Made by a program: the position numbers and the translations under genes | NCBI GenBank assembly: GCA_951406725.2 | Contig: OX597819.1 | Span: 87,234,001 to 87,298,000 of the forward strand | DNA length: 64,000 nucleotides | From: Octopus vulgaris | Lineage: Eukaryota | Reading direction: 5' to 3' | The notes under the pieces: generated by a model | Told to the model about the DNA's origin: nothing | What the model saw: the letters and a program-made list of their open reading frames with translations, nothing else | The model's database searches: none | Shown here: positions 14,231-27,627 of the stretch, piece after piece | How the letters are laid out: every line of letters starts with the position of its first letter | Position numbering within the stretch: position 1 is the stretch's first letter

Positions 14231-14891
14231 AATTGATATACAGATATATATATACATACATACCAGAATATATATACATATATACATACATTCAAAGTTT
14301 CTTACATGAATTGATATATACTATATAAGTGGATTTATACGCATATATAAATGTGTGTGTGTATACACACACACATACAAGAGTTAAGGAATGGAGTAGA
14401 TAAGATCCGGCTTACATACGTTTCAAAGCGAGCGGAATCTCGAAAGTGGTAAATATCCAAGCGAGGTGTATACCGCAGACTACTCTTCAAGTCAAGGATA
14501 TTTTGGTTTAATGAAAGTTTACGTTGTCGCAAGGAGGTACGTGTTAACATATGGAAGATTCAATCAGAATGTGTAGAAAAAATCCAACAGTACATCGTTA
14601 TCTCAGCTGGTCAATAAACTAAAGATTGATTCAATTCTTTACACTCTCAAGTGGTCCATAGTCATCCACGCCAAACCATACAGCAGCTATAATAACAAAT
14701 GTAATATCTGTATAGCCGATGTCTAGCTATTTTGCAATCCATGGATTGTCTTAATGAACGCAGCAGTATGATTTTTACCTGTAAGCATCGATCACTAAAT
14801 CTATTCTCAAAATACAAATAACAATAACCCCTCACCTTATTGTCATTTACATACTTCTCTCTGTGTCTTTTACCTTTTACTCTGGTGTGTG

Positions 14892-14971
<80 letters not shown>

Positions 14972-14978
<7 letters not shown>

Positions 14979-15302
14979 AATAGAAAAGAGTGAAAAAACT
15001 ACAGAAGGTTTGTGTTATAAGGTTAAAGAATATATTTAAGTCGTTATGTTAGAAAAATTTTGTGTGAAAGAAGTGAAAAGAAGATTTCTCTTCTTTTCAC
15101 TAGATAACGAAGACATGACACAATGTAGGTAAAGAAATTTGAGAAATTTGAAAAGTTAACACGAAACCGGTTATGTCTCCCAAAACTATGTCACTATACA
15201 CAAAATCTTATAACATTTTTCTAACGTAACGACTTAAATATATTCTTTAACCTTATAACACAAGCCTTGTGTAGTTTTTTCACTCTTTTCTATTTTTTTA
15301 TA
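14972..15302. repeat. Inverted repeat (~90-bp arms) between (TA)n tracts
   Basis: 14972-15058 is the reverse complement of ~15214-15302. The spacer contains a half-hammerhead-like GAAACCGGTT. Confidence 0.75.
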
Positions 15303-15340
15303 CATCCAACCAAGTACTTTCACACACCAACTTTCTCACC

Positions 15341-15379
<39 letters not shown>

Positions 15380-15503
15380 TGGTTGTTGGCATCCTTTCTG
15401 TCTCGGGAGACAATGGTGTTGCGCATAAAGTAGTCTAGTCCGGCTTTTATATTTCATGTCCTGATACATTTCCTGCTGTGGCTGATATATATATATATGT
15501 ATG

Positions 15504-15570
<67 letters not shown>

Positions 15571-15572
<2 letters not shown>

Positions 15573-16894
15573 CTGGGTGCTGAAACGGCTGCTCAACCAC
15601 TCAAATGTGGAAGTGATATATCTCGACTTTGCAAAGGCCTTTGATAAAGTCGATCATGGAATGATATGTCACAAACTGCGTGATCTCAACATAGTTGGAA
15701 AACTGGGAGAATGGCTTCATGACTTTCTGAAGGATAGAAGTCAGGTGGTAGTAGCCAATGGGGCCACCTCCATTAACACACAAATAGTGAGCGGTGTTCC
15801 GCAGGGCACTGTTCTGGGACCACTACTGTTCATAATGGCCCTCTCAGACATGCCCTCAGCCACGCAGAGAGCCACGATCACAAGTTATGCAGATGATACA
15901 AAAGTCTCACAGGCAATACAGAACCCTGAGGACACTAAACACCTGCAATGTGAGCTGGACGAAATATACAAGTGGGCTGAAAAGAATAGCATGCAGTTCA
16001 ATGCTGGAAAGTTTCAAGCTTTATACTATCAGCATGCAAAACTGAATGCAATACCCAATGAATACACTGGACCCGGAGGGATTGCAATCCCAGAGGCACA
16101 ATCAGTGCGTGACCTGGGTATTCACATGAGTGATGACGCGACCTTTCATGTACATGTTGCTAAACTGACAATGAAATGTAGACGGCTGGCTGGATGGATT
16201 CTTAGAACCTTTAGAACAAGGGAAAAAGAAACCATGATGGTCCTCTGGAAGACACTTGTCCTAAGCCACTTTGACTATTGCTCTCAGCTATGGTCACCAT
16301 CCAGTGTCAAGTTGATCACAGAACTTGAGGCGATCCAACGAAGCTACACAAAGAAGATAGCCTCTATGCAGAATGTAAGCTACTGGGAAAGACTCAAGAG
16401 ATTAAAATTATATTCCCTGGAGCGTAGGCGGGAAAGATATGCCATAATATACATCTGGAAGATCCTGGAGGGAAGTGTCCTGAACTTTGGCATCGAGAGT
16501 TACGCAAATGCCAGAACTGGGCGCCACTGCGTGGTGCCTAGGACTCCAAACCTGCCATCAAGATGTAGGACAAGATTCTGTGATAGCCTGGGCTTCCGAG
16601 GCCCACAGCTCTTCAATATCCTCCCGAAGAACCTGAGAGACCTGCATGGGGTGGATACAGATGTCTTTAAAATGAAGCTGGATCTCTTCCTGTCAGGTGT
16701 CCCAGATGAACCAACTTCACGGCAGGAGGGGCAGATGAGGGCAGCTGCATCGAACTCTCTCATGCACCAAATAGCAGTTGCTAGAAAGCCTCCATGAAGT
16801 GAAACCAAGTAGCAACACCAAATGGCGGTGCCCCAGCATGGCCACAGCTCATGAGCTGAAACTAGAATCAATCAATCAATCAATCAATCAATCA
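15571..16894 (+). mobile_element. 5'-truncated CR1-group (CR1/L2/Crack-like) LINE, RT domain open, (ATCA)n tail
   Basis: YLDFAKAFDKVDH, SGVPQGTVLGPLLF and YADD motifs; stop at 16797. It starts directly after (TA)n and ends in (atca)n followed by (TA)n. Confidence 0.93.
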
Positions 16895-16914
16895 TATATA
16901 TATATATATATATA

Positions 16915-19021
16915 TTGTTCGTTGGCTATGTTGAGGCCCAAATATTCTCTAATTTCACTGGTCCCACTCCTGAACTATATGGTCGTTATATTGACGACAT
17001 TATCGGTGCCACCTCACTCTCCCGCGAACATCTAGATTCCTTCCTCTCTTTCGTCCAATCTTTCCATCCAGCCCTCCACTTCACTTCCACTATCTCCAAC
17101 ACCTCTGTCTCCTTCCTCGACATTTCGGTTAGCATTCTTCACTCCACTCTTACCACCTCCATTCACTACAAACACACAGACTCACACTCATACCTCAACT
17201 TCTCTTCCTCCCACCCAGAACACACCAAGCTTTCCATCCCCTATTCCCAATTCCTCCGTCTACGTAGGCTCTGTAGTGACGACCATGACTTTGAGACTCA
17301 GTCTCAACGTATGGCTCACCACTTCACCCTACGTGGATACCCCCTCACCACTATCCACACCGCCCTTGCCAGAGCACGGTCCGTGGACCGTGTATCTGCT
17401 CTCTCTCTCCCCGAACCCGCCCTGTAGTCTCCCGCCTCCCTTTTCCCCTCACTTACCACCCCACGACCCTACGTCTCCAACGCACCATTCTTCGAGCTTT
17501 CCGTCATCTCCAGTCCGACCCGTCCACTTCACACCTCTTCCCTAACCGACCCCTCCCCTCTTTCAAACGAGTCCACAACCTTCGAGACCTTTTGGTCCAT
17601 AGCTCCTTCCCTGACCCTACCTCCCAACCCGGCTCGTTCCCCTGCTCCCGCCCACGTTGCCGCACTTGCCCTTACCTCTCCAACACCACCCGCCTCACTA
17701 GCACCCACCATCGACCCTATCCCATCATCCACTCCTTCACCTGCACCTCCAGCAATATTATCTATTGCATCTCTTGCTCTCTCTGCAATTCCTTGTACAT
17801 CGGACAAACGGGACGCCGCTTGGCTGACCGGTTCGCGGAACACCTTCGTGACATCCACCTTGCGAACGACACACCGGTCTCACGCCATTTCCGCACCACC
17901 GGTCACTCCTTGCAACACCTATCTGTGTTCGGTTTGTCCTTACACAGAGGCCATCCGGATTCCCGTTTGCGCCGTGAACAGGAATTAATCTTCTCTCTTC
18001 GCTCTTATACGCCATTTGGTCTCAACTCTCCCCCCTCCTCATCTAATCCCCTCTCCCCCCTCCTCACCTATCCTTTCTCCCCCCGACCCCTACTTCTTCA
18101 GTCCTTCATCCTTTCACCCCTACTCCCCTTCCCTTCTTCCCTCTTTCTCCCTCCCTCTTCCCCTTCCCTCTGCTCCCTCACTCCCTCTCTCCCCTTCTCT
18201 CTCCCCCTCTCCCTCTTTCCTCCTTCATCTCCCTCCTCCCCTTCCTTCTCCCCCATCCTCTCATCTTCCCCCTTCTCCTCCCCCTCTTCTTCCCCTCCCC
18301 TTCTCTCCCCCTCTTCTCCCCCTCCCCCTCTTCTCCTCACTACACCACATGACTTTACACATCACATCACATATGATGTGCCATACTAATACACAAACCA
18401 ACTAATACATACTAATACGTACTAATACATACTAGTACATACTAATACTTACACCAACCCTATACATACACACGTCCAGACCCCGCATACGCACTTATAC
18501 TCTCTCACACACACACACACACCTATACATACCAATACGTACTAATACATACTAATACATACTAATACATACACCAACCCCATACATACGCACGTCCAGA
18601 CCAATCCTACGCACTAATACTCTCTCATACACACACACACACACACACACCCTTATACATACTAATACATACACCAACCCTATACATACACACATCCAGA
18701 CCCCTCCCACACACTATTAGCTGGTCCCTCAACCCTTTTATCAACCTTATTATCTCCCCTTATTTCGCTCTCGCGTCTCATGTTTGATCTTTGACCTCTG
18801 GCCGAAATCAGATCGCCATGTTGATTCGTTAGCTACTGCACGCATTTTTTTCTCTCCTTCTTTCTGTGTTTTTCTCTCTCTGTGTATCTTTCTGTTGAAG
18901 AGCGTAGGCTCGAAACGTTAAAGACTTGTTTTATTTATATTTCCTGAGCGCCATACTAATACAATTGTTCGTTTGTTTTCCACCTGCCTTCGTCTTTTGT
19001 TTATTTTCATAAAGCTTCCCG

Positions 19022-19022
<1 letters not shown>
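16915..19022 (+). mobile_element. 5'-truncated Penelope-like retroelement (RT C-terminus + Zn motif + GIY-YIG, probably Neptune-type)
   Basis: YGRYIDD RT motif, FLDI, CSRPRCRTC, and NIIYCISC..C..LYIGQT-RRLADRFAEH. There is a frameshift near 17400-17430. The 3' region has a pyrimidine tract, ~120-bp tandem repeats and a hammerhead-like motif. (TA)n lies on both sides. Confidence 0.92.
18887..18924 (+). ncRNA. Minimal hammerhead-like motif in the Penelope 3' region
   Basis: tcttt-CTGTTGAA-GAGC gtag GCTC-GAAA-CG-TT-aaaga. The core has an A>U change. Confidence 0.65.
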
Positions 19023-19058
<36 letters not shown>

Positions 19059-19480
19059 TTATTTCTGTTAGTATAATACTATATTATAGTCTCGATAAAG
19101 CTAAATTACCAAATGTTTCATGCCATTGTCAAAACTTGTGTATGTAGGATCTTCCTCAGTTTAGTCGATAAGCATTTGCCCCAAACAAATATATGCAGAA
19201 AATTATTTAAGAGACACGGTGAAGGCCTTTTTAGCGGTACACTTGCCATTAAGAAAACATGAATACGGACCCAGAAACCTAGAAGAGAAGCAGATTGCTC
19301 ATGCAGAGGTACATTTATATGCACCTTAAACGGTCAATGAAATATAGACACTGTTAGATAAGAGATGGAGGTGGTGTGGGAGGATTTCATTGGAGCGACG
19401 AATGTACAAACTTATGTTGGCACTACGAAAGTCCCTTCAGGATCAAATTTAACAACCACGTCCTCGTTTAATATCCAAGA

Positions 19481-20238
19481 AGGATAAGCGGCGAACTGGC
19501 AGAAACGTTAGCGGCGAAATGCTTAGCGGTATTTCGCCTGTCTTTACGCTCTGAGTTCAAATTCCACCGAGGTCGACTTTGCCTTTCATCCTTTCAGGGT
19601 CGATTAAATAAGTACCAGTCACGCACTGGGGTCAATGTAATCAAGTGAAACTCTTTGTCTGTCCTTGTTTGTCCCCTCTATGTTTAGCTCCTTGTGGGCA
19701 ATAAAGAAATAAGAAACGTTAGCGGCGAAATTCTTAGCAGTATTTCGTCTGCCGTTACGTTCTGAGTTCAAATTCTGCCGAGGTCGACTTTGCCTTTCAT
19801 CCTTTCGGGGTCGATAAATTAAGTACCAGTTTTGCACTGGGGTCGATGTAATCGGCTTAATCCCTTTGTCTGTCCTTGTTTGTCCCCTTTATGTTTAGCC
19901 ACTTGTAGGCAGTAAAGAAATATATTCCGAGGTCGACTTTGCCTTTCATCCTTTCGGGGTCGATAAATTAAGTACCAGTTACGTACTGGGGTCGATCTAA
20001 TCGACCTAACACCTATGTCTGTCCTTGTTTGTCCTCTCTATGTTTAACCCCTTGCGGGTAATAAAGAAATAGGTATTTCGTCTGTCTTTACGTTCTGAGA
20101 TCAAATTCCACCGCGGTCGACTTTGCTTTCATCCTTTCGTGGTTGATAAATTAAGTACCAGTTGCGTACAGGGGTCGATCTAATCGACTGGCCCCTCCTC
20201 CCCCAAAAATTTCGGACCTTGTGCCGAGAGTAGAAAAG
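19481..20238 (+). mobile_element. Multimeric tRNA-derived SINE (4 partial units) with 11-bp target-site duplication
   Basis: A-box (aactggcagaa) and B-box (gagttcaaattcc) like motifs, and a repeated body gtcgactttgcctttcatcc. AATATCCAAGA occurs at 19470-19480 and 20239-20249. Confidence 0.8.
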
Positions 20239-22220
20239 AATATCCAAGAGAGTTGTAATATCACAACCTTAGCGTGACATGTATGGACATTGAAAAGCAA
20301 CAGCAACACTATGTATTACGACATGCCAAGGTTTAGCGCTGTGGTACTTACTTTGAAACCACGCTGTTGCAAAGCGAACTATTTAACCACGCGGCCAACG
20401 CAATTTCATAATGCGAGTTGTTAGAGTGACCATTTTGTGCGCAGTTTATAAACTGAATGCAATGATCAGTAATAAAAAACAAAAAAAAAACCAACAAAAA
20501 CAAAAATTCGTTTGAAGTATTATGTTTAAGCGTGAAACTCAGGCTGGTATATATTACACAATAGCATGCTTTTACATACTGAGTTCTGTAATATATCACT
20601 TTGCCTTTCATCCTTTCGGGATCGATAAATTAAGTACCAGTTTTGCACTGGGGTCGATGTAATCGGCTTAATCCCTTTGTCTGTCCTTGTTTGTCCCCTC
20701 TATGTTTAGCCACTTGTGGGCAGTAAAGAAATATATTCCGAGGTCGACTCAACTATGAGATATACAAGCCCATACACATATGCATGACATATGGTTATAA
20801 AATACTGGAAAAGTGCAAAATTACTGAAGCAGCTGTAGAAATTGCAAGCTATTCTTGACTGAGTAAATAATGAACATCTCCTTTCGCCCAGGCATCTACT
20901 TACAATTTAAACATTAATTTTTTGCTCCTTTTCTCAGAGATCCCATACACCCTAGGAAACTGATGTTTATATTTATAATTGCATCATAGACATAAAGATT
21001 GGCTCTTCCCCACCCCTCAGTGTTCCTCTCACCGCAATAAGAGGATGAAATGTTAGTCTCCAACTCAACTGTGAGATATACAAGCCCATACACATATGCA
21101 TGACATATGGTTATAAAATTTAGCCACTCCAACATCCCTCATCGTACATCATACCCTATCAACAACATTATTTATCCCTACTTCACCTAGCGGTGTTCGT
21201 TTATTACGCCCAAAATGTCTTGCTGGCTACCCGACGTTTTACCTACTCGTTCATCTGTCTCCCTTCCCCTAAGGTCACATAAGTGCGAATTGTGTCCCAA
21301 AATTGGTCAGCAGTTCACTCCGATTCACCCCAACACCAGTCCATATTTGTGGTTCTGGAAGCCACCTTTTCCTACTCTTCCCACCCCTTCTACCCTTCTA
21401 CCTCTAGGATGTTTACATTTTGTTACCGCATCTCTCTGGCGTGTATTTCTCATTTATGTATCGGAAATTTCTAATTTATGCTATTTAGCTATGCATGCTG
21501 TCATTTTGAGGTATAAATTTTGCATCTATAGTGTGACATCATGCATTACCGAATACTGAAACATAAGTTACAGATGAAATAAAGGAGAGTCAAAGTTCAA
21601 GGCCATGTTCTTTCCTCTCGTTGATGTGGGCTTTATATTACGTTACAGCTCACATCAAACTACACATGTTCTCGTGGGAGTTGAAAGTGATTAACGATAA
21701 GAGACGAAACCTGAATGGAATGAAGGCCAAGTGCTGAGTGCATCCCATCGCGCGTGTGTGTGTTTATGTGCGTGTATTTGTGTGTCTGTGTCTGTGCATG
21801 TATGTGTGTGCGTATGAGTGTGTGCGCGCACGTGTGTGTGTATGTATGCGTGTCTGCATTAATTTGTTTTGATTCCCCAAGAAGTGATATATTACAGAAC
21901 TCAGTATGTAAAAGCATGCTATTGTGAAATATATACCAGCCTGAATTTCACGCTTAAACATAATACTTCAAACGAATTTTTGTTTTTGTTGTTTTTTTTT
22001 GTTTTTTATTACTGATCATTGCATTCAGTTTATAAACTGCGCACAAAATGGTCACTCTAACAACTCGCATTATGAAATTGCGTTGGCTGCGTGGTTAAAT
22101 AGTTTGCTTTGCAGCAGCGTGGTTTCAAAGTAAGTACCACAGCGCTAAACCTTGGCATGTGTCTTATACTATGGCCCTATGACTGAATTTGGTTGACGGA
22201 AACAGAGCAGACCGTCGTAC

Positions 22221-22341
<121 letters not shown>

Positions 22342-22875
22342 ATCTGATATAACAACAGAAATACTAGTTGAGTAACAAACCTTAACACACTTCCTACTGA
22401 AATTGTACTATTAGTCTATAAAAATTCTTAGGTATATCAGTTCTCACTGTTGCAGTAAATATTCCCTTTTCTATTTCTATTCTCATACTGTATACTCTAA
22501 ATGCTACTTTGGCAAATAATTTTATCAGAGATTGAACTATTCTGAACGTCCCATAAAAGAATTTTCATCAGAAATTATCGAGAATACACGTTAACAAATC
22601 TTGTTCACTAAGTTCCTTAATATGCTGGACAGGTGATTTAATTGCCAATGAATGTATATTAATTTCTCATTTGGTCTTTAATATGAGCTGAAATTATTAT
22701 TTGCTAATATGTGTTGCTGTGTGTGTATATGTTGACGTCATAGGAATTTCATAAGCTTTCGAGACAAATCAAAATATTTCTATTTTGAGACATTGGATTA
22801 CGGAGCATATCACATAAAGCTATAAATAATATAGACTTATGTGAAGTGTTTCAAGCTCTAATATTCCCCACAAAG

Positions 22876-22923
<48 letters not shown>

Positions 22924-23482
22924 GTTTACGGGAAACGAATATGCAAATAAAGCTCCTATTCCATTATGCCGGCTACGGTCTAATGATGCTGACTGGTGAA
23001 CCAGCTTTGGAGGTTTGCATCAAAGTACGATAAATGTAGGATAAATATAATAATAATAACAATAACTTTTGGATGGGATTTATAAACATTTAATGCATTG
23101 CTAAGCCTGTTTCCTCAAATCACATGTTTCTTAAGATCACAGTCAGTATTCCTAGGATGATTACTGTGTAGTCCATACTATCCGTGGCTATTGGGTTGAT
23201 CATCTTAATGGATTCTTTTCTTCAGACGATATAACATTAATGGATGTACAACATAGGGATGCTTATCCCTTTCGACCACTATGAAGAGTGACTGAGTTAT
23301 GTGGGTACATCTGTGTGCATTTGGTGGGGGAGGAGGAGAAGGTGATAGAAAGAAAGGAAGGGATGGTATTTGTATGGGGGATGGAGGTGTGTTTGGTGAT
23401 GTTGGACTTATTTTTCTATTCAGTCAGCATCTGATGAATAAAACGGGCGTAGCAATGCATTTAATGGTTATAAATTCCATCT

Positions 23483-23632
23483 AAGGAGTGGCTGTGTGGT
23501 AAGTAGCTTGCTAACCAACCACATGGTTGCGGGTTCAGTCCCACTGCGTGGCATCTTGGGCAAGTGTCTTCTGCTATAGCCTTGTGAGTGGATTTGGTAG
23601 ACGGAAACTGAAAGAAACCTGTCGTATATATG

Positions 23633-23663
<31 letters not shown>

Positions 23664-23883
23664 TTGTGTGTCTGTGTTTGTCCCCCTAGCATTGCTTGAC
23701 AACCGATGCTGGTGTGTTTACGTCCCCGTCACTTAGCGGTTCGGCAAAAGAGACCGATAGAATAAGTACTGGGCTTACAACGAATAAGTCCCGGGGTCGA
23801 TTTGCTCGACTAAAGGTGGTGCTCCAGCATGGCCGCAGTCAAATGACTGAAACAAGTAAAAGAGTAAAAGGTAAAAGAGTAAA

Positions 23884-23886
<3 letters not shown>
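23483..23886 (+). mobile_element. tRNA-derived SINE with LINE-like 3' tail
   Basis: Head aggagtggctgtgtggtaag...gggttcagtccc, core ttgggcaagtgtctt, and tail gctccagcatggccgcag...(agtaaaag)n. Confidence 0.85.
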
Positions 23887-23940
<54 letters not shown>

Positions 23941-26121
23941 AATCCAAACAAGAAAGCACAAAAAAAACACAACGCGAGGACGTGGAACAAAAAGTATAGT
24001 ATTATTGGACGCTAATCAAAATAAGCAAAGAATATCCAGAGGTAATGCAGTACGATCGTTTCATGCGACTCCATTTAATTGATCAATGCAATCATTTCAT
24101 TACATCAATTTAAAACACAAGCTAATTGAGTAAATAAACAATTTTTAATTTCTAGAATTACTGCATATGTTCCATAAATCTTCTCTATCGAAGTTACTAA
24201 GTTGTATACGTACTTCATTATGGTTTTAGTGATTAAGCTATTTTCACATCCTTTTCTATAATGTTTCTACTCTATCTAATCATTTCAATACTCTATAATT
24301 ACCTTTATATAAACCTAAATTGTTGTACCCTTATAAAGCCATACTTAGCTTATAAAACCAATGTAGACATCTTCAAAATTTTAAAATTTAAATGCCAAAA
24401 TTTAACTACCTAAATTAAGATTTAACTAATTTGTAATATATTTGTTCGCTCACCTAAATGTTAAATCTCCATGATAGCCTTATATTTTAACCTTATACAA
24501 AATAAAATTAATAACATATTGTTCAAAATAGTTTAAGTAATTTTCTTAAAATGTTCCATCCGCTTAATTTTGATATTTATATTGGTATTAGATAGCCCCT
24601 CCAATTAAGTACTCCTTAGAAACTGTAATATTGTTTATAGATTAACACAAATAACTTTCGTAATCTATATTATACATCTTAATTTAATAGTAATATATGG
24701 TTAACTTGTCCTTTTAACAGAAATTATCTTTTCAACTAATACCGAGTTTCAGCCCTGATTATAGTAAACTAAATAAGCTAATTTTCTAGCTCATAAATTA
24801 TTATACGTTTTCAATTTAAACTTGCTATTAGAGTTAATAAGGTATGAATATTTTATTTTTTATTTTGGTTTTTAGTGATTAGTCTATTTATTCCTTTTCT
24901 AAGATGCTCTACCCTAACTGATCATTTTGTTATTGTTGTTATTGTTATTTTTATTACAGCCTTAAATAAATATAATCCTTGTACCTTTATTAATTCATAC
25001 TCAACTTATATAAGTTAATACTGTTATCTCCACAACTTTAAATTAGTTCAACTTTAATTAAATCAGTATACAGTTGACATGTTTTTTCACCTCAGTTACC
25101 CTTATTAAATATTAGTTAAATCCATTTGATCAATCTCCGTAAAAACCTTATAAGTGAATATTTTAGATAAGTAATAAGTATATAAATATTAATCTATTTC
25201 TTTGCAATTTTCTTTTACCTACCTCTACTGTGGTTTAAAGAATTTGGTATATACTCAAAAGTGGTATCCTGTTTGTTAAAATTCTCATTCTTAATAATCT
25301 TCTTGATTACCCTAAAAAACTTTTTAACCTTATATAGTATGATAACATTGTTTGAAATGATCTTTTTAAAAATTACTTGATTTTTCTTTTTCTCAAATAG
25401 CTCCACCCTCCTGATCTTAGTATTTATAATGACCTTTATATAAATAATCTTTCTAAATAACTACCAATTAGAAAATATAAATATCATGTAGGGTTTAATA
25501 ATAATAACTTCTTAAACCTATAATATAACCCTTAATTTTACAAAAAGATTAGTTGAAAGTAGAATTGTTCCATAACTTAATTATTCCTTTAGCCGATACC
25601 AAACAGCAGTCTTTTATAGATATTATCTTAACAAGTAAATATAATTTTTAGTTTAATATATTTTGAATTATCAAACTTTTTCTAAAAATCTTCTCTATTG
25701 GTGTTAACAAGCTAAATATACTCTACCGTAGTATTAGTAATTAAACCATTTTATCCCTTTTCTATGATGTTCTACCCATGATTATTTTATTTTATTTTTA
25801 AAATTAGCCTTTATTTATTTATTTATAAAATCATTCTAAGTCTTGTATCTCTATAAATTTCATACTCAGCTTATATAAAGCCATGCTGATATATTCACTA
25901 CTTATAATAAAAAATCTGCTTAGACTAAAAATTTTTAATATATAATTAGCATGTTCTTTTACCTCAATACTCCTTTATCAATACCAGTAAATATCATTTA
26001 ATCAATATTCACAGATATCTAAGTTAGTATTTAAGTGCATAAATATTAAACTATTTCTATTTTTTTCTTTTCCTCCCTCTATTGTGGTAAAATTTGATAT
26101 ATACTAAAAAGTATTCATAAA

Positions 26122-26703
26122 TAAGCATTATTAAATCTCAGAGTGAGATGTAAACAGCAACCGCTCGACAATGTAAAGTATAAAAGCCATCTCAATATGG
26201 CTAACCACAAAGTAGGGGTGTTACTGTAGCTTTTTAGCCCCAGGAGATCATCGTCTCCAGCTGGCTTTAGACACCCTTTCAGTGCCCTTGAAGTATTTGC
26301 AAAGGGAGGCCATCCTTTCCTCGCAAGCCTGAGTGATACGCACGGACCGGTTTCGAGATTATTGTCTCTTATCAACGGGCGGTAACCACCAGGTCACGAT
26401 GAAAGACAAGGCCTGCTTTGCAAATATATAAGAGTTTTTCTAGTGACGTCTGCCACTGATTTCGAAAAACTGACTGTAAGCATACTTCAAGGGCACTGAA
26501 AGGGTGTCTAAGGCCAGCTGGAGACGATGATCTCCTGGAGCTAAAAAGCTACAGTAACACCCCCACTTTGTGGTTAGCCATATTGAGATGGCTTGAGCGG
26601 TTGCTGTTTACATCTCGCTCTGAGATTTAATAATGCTTACAGTCAGTTTTTCGAAATCAGTGGCAGACGTCACTAGAAAAACTCTTATATATTTGCAAAG
26701 CAG
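26122..26703. repeat. Nested inverted-repeat module with a degenerate hammerhead in its spacer
   Basis: 26122-26296 is inverted at 26482-26639, and 26413-26482 is inverted at 26634-26703. Confidence 0.8.
26338..26381 (-). ncRNA. Degenerate hammerhead motif
   Basis: Minus strand reads CGCCCG-UUGAUAA-GAGA caauaa UCUC-GAAA-CCGG-UC-CGUGCG. There are two core substitutions. Confidence 0.55.
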
Positions 26704-26749
26704 AAAGAAGCTCAAATTCGTTTCTGTCAGTGCTCTGAAGATGCAATGA

Positions 26750-27540
26750 GTAAATCAGTTAAGGAATTTAGATGGGAAAGAATCGCCGTCAAAGAAAAGA
26801 ACATCAACAATCTGCATTGAGCTGATGAGAGTTCTTATCAGCATCACCAGAGAGTCTACATAAATGACTGGATAACGTACAAAGTATATCGAGTGAATAT
26901 CAGCTGAAAATCAATACAAGATTCATAGTAGCGCCAAAACACCAGAGCAACTCTACAGAACAGCTCCAGTACCAAGGAGTAACATTAGAAGAAATCAAAT
27001 ACGTAGGTGATACCCTAGTAGAATAATCATGAGACGGAGACTATAAAATAAGAGCAAAATTTGTGGCAGCAATATCAAGCTTGAAATTACGTAATATAAT
27101 CTGGAAAGACATGGCATTTAACAGTTAAACCTCTTAACAGTTAAAACAAGGACTGATGTTGACTTGTTGCTGTGTGTGGATGTAAAATCTGGACCCTGAG
27201 AGCAAACGACGAATGCTGAACTCAAAGCATTTGAAACAATCTGCTACCGAGGAGTATGGAGGACTTGACCAGTGAACGAACTACTGGAAAAGAGAACAGA
27301 AAGAGAATTTTGGCAACTGCCAAGAGGAGAAGACTGCAATATTTTGGTCATGTCATCAGGGAACATAATCTCAGCATCTATATCTTAGAGGGAAGAGTCA
27401 ATGAAAAAGGAGGGAAGGGGAGAATGAGAAGATACTAGACGACATCAGAAAATGGACTGGGATATCTCTAACAGAATATACAAATATGATCAGAGGCAGG
27501 AATCGACAGAGAGTGATAGTGCATGCATCTATGGTTTTCA
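26750..27540 (+). mobile_element. Degenerate RTE-clade LINE 3' fragment
   Basis: RRRLQYFGHVIR...ILEGRVNEKGGKGR is typical of the RTE C-terminus. There are many stops. Confidence 0.7.
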
Positions 27541-27585
27541 ACCCTTTGTAATGAGTATTAAGTAGGGGAATAAACACACACACAC

Positions 27586-27627
<42 letters not shown>

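Noticed and set aside
18016-18405. Pro/Ser-rich and Glu/Gly-rich ORFs
   Set aside because: This is the low-complexity pyrimidine tract of the Penelope 3' region.
24040-24070. Half-hammerhead GAAA-CGAUCG-UA on the minus strand (similar halves at ~5090, ~15163, ~24745)
   Set aside because: No CUGANGA partner was found. These may be decayed remnants but were not counted.
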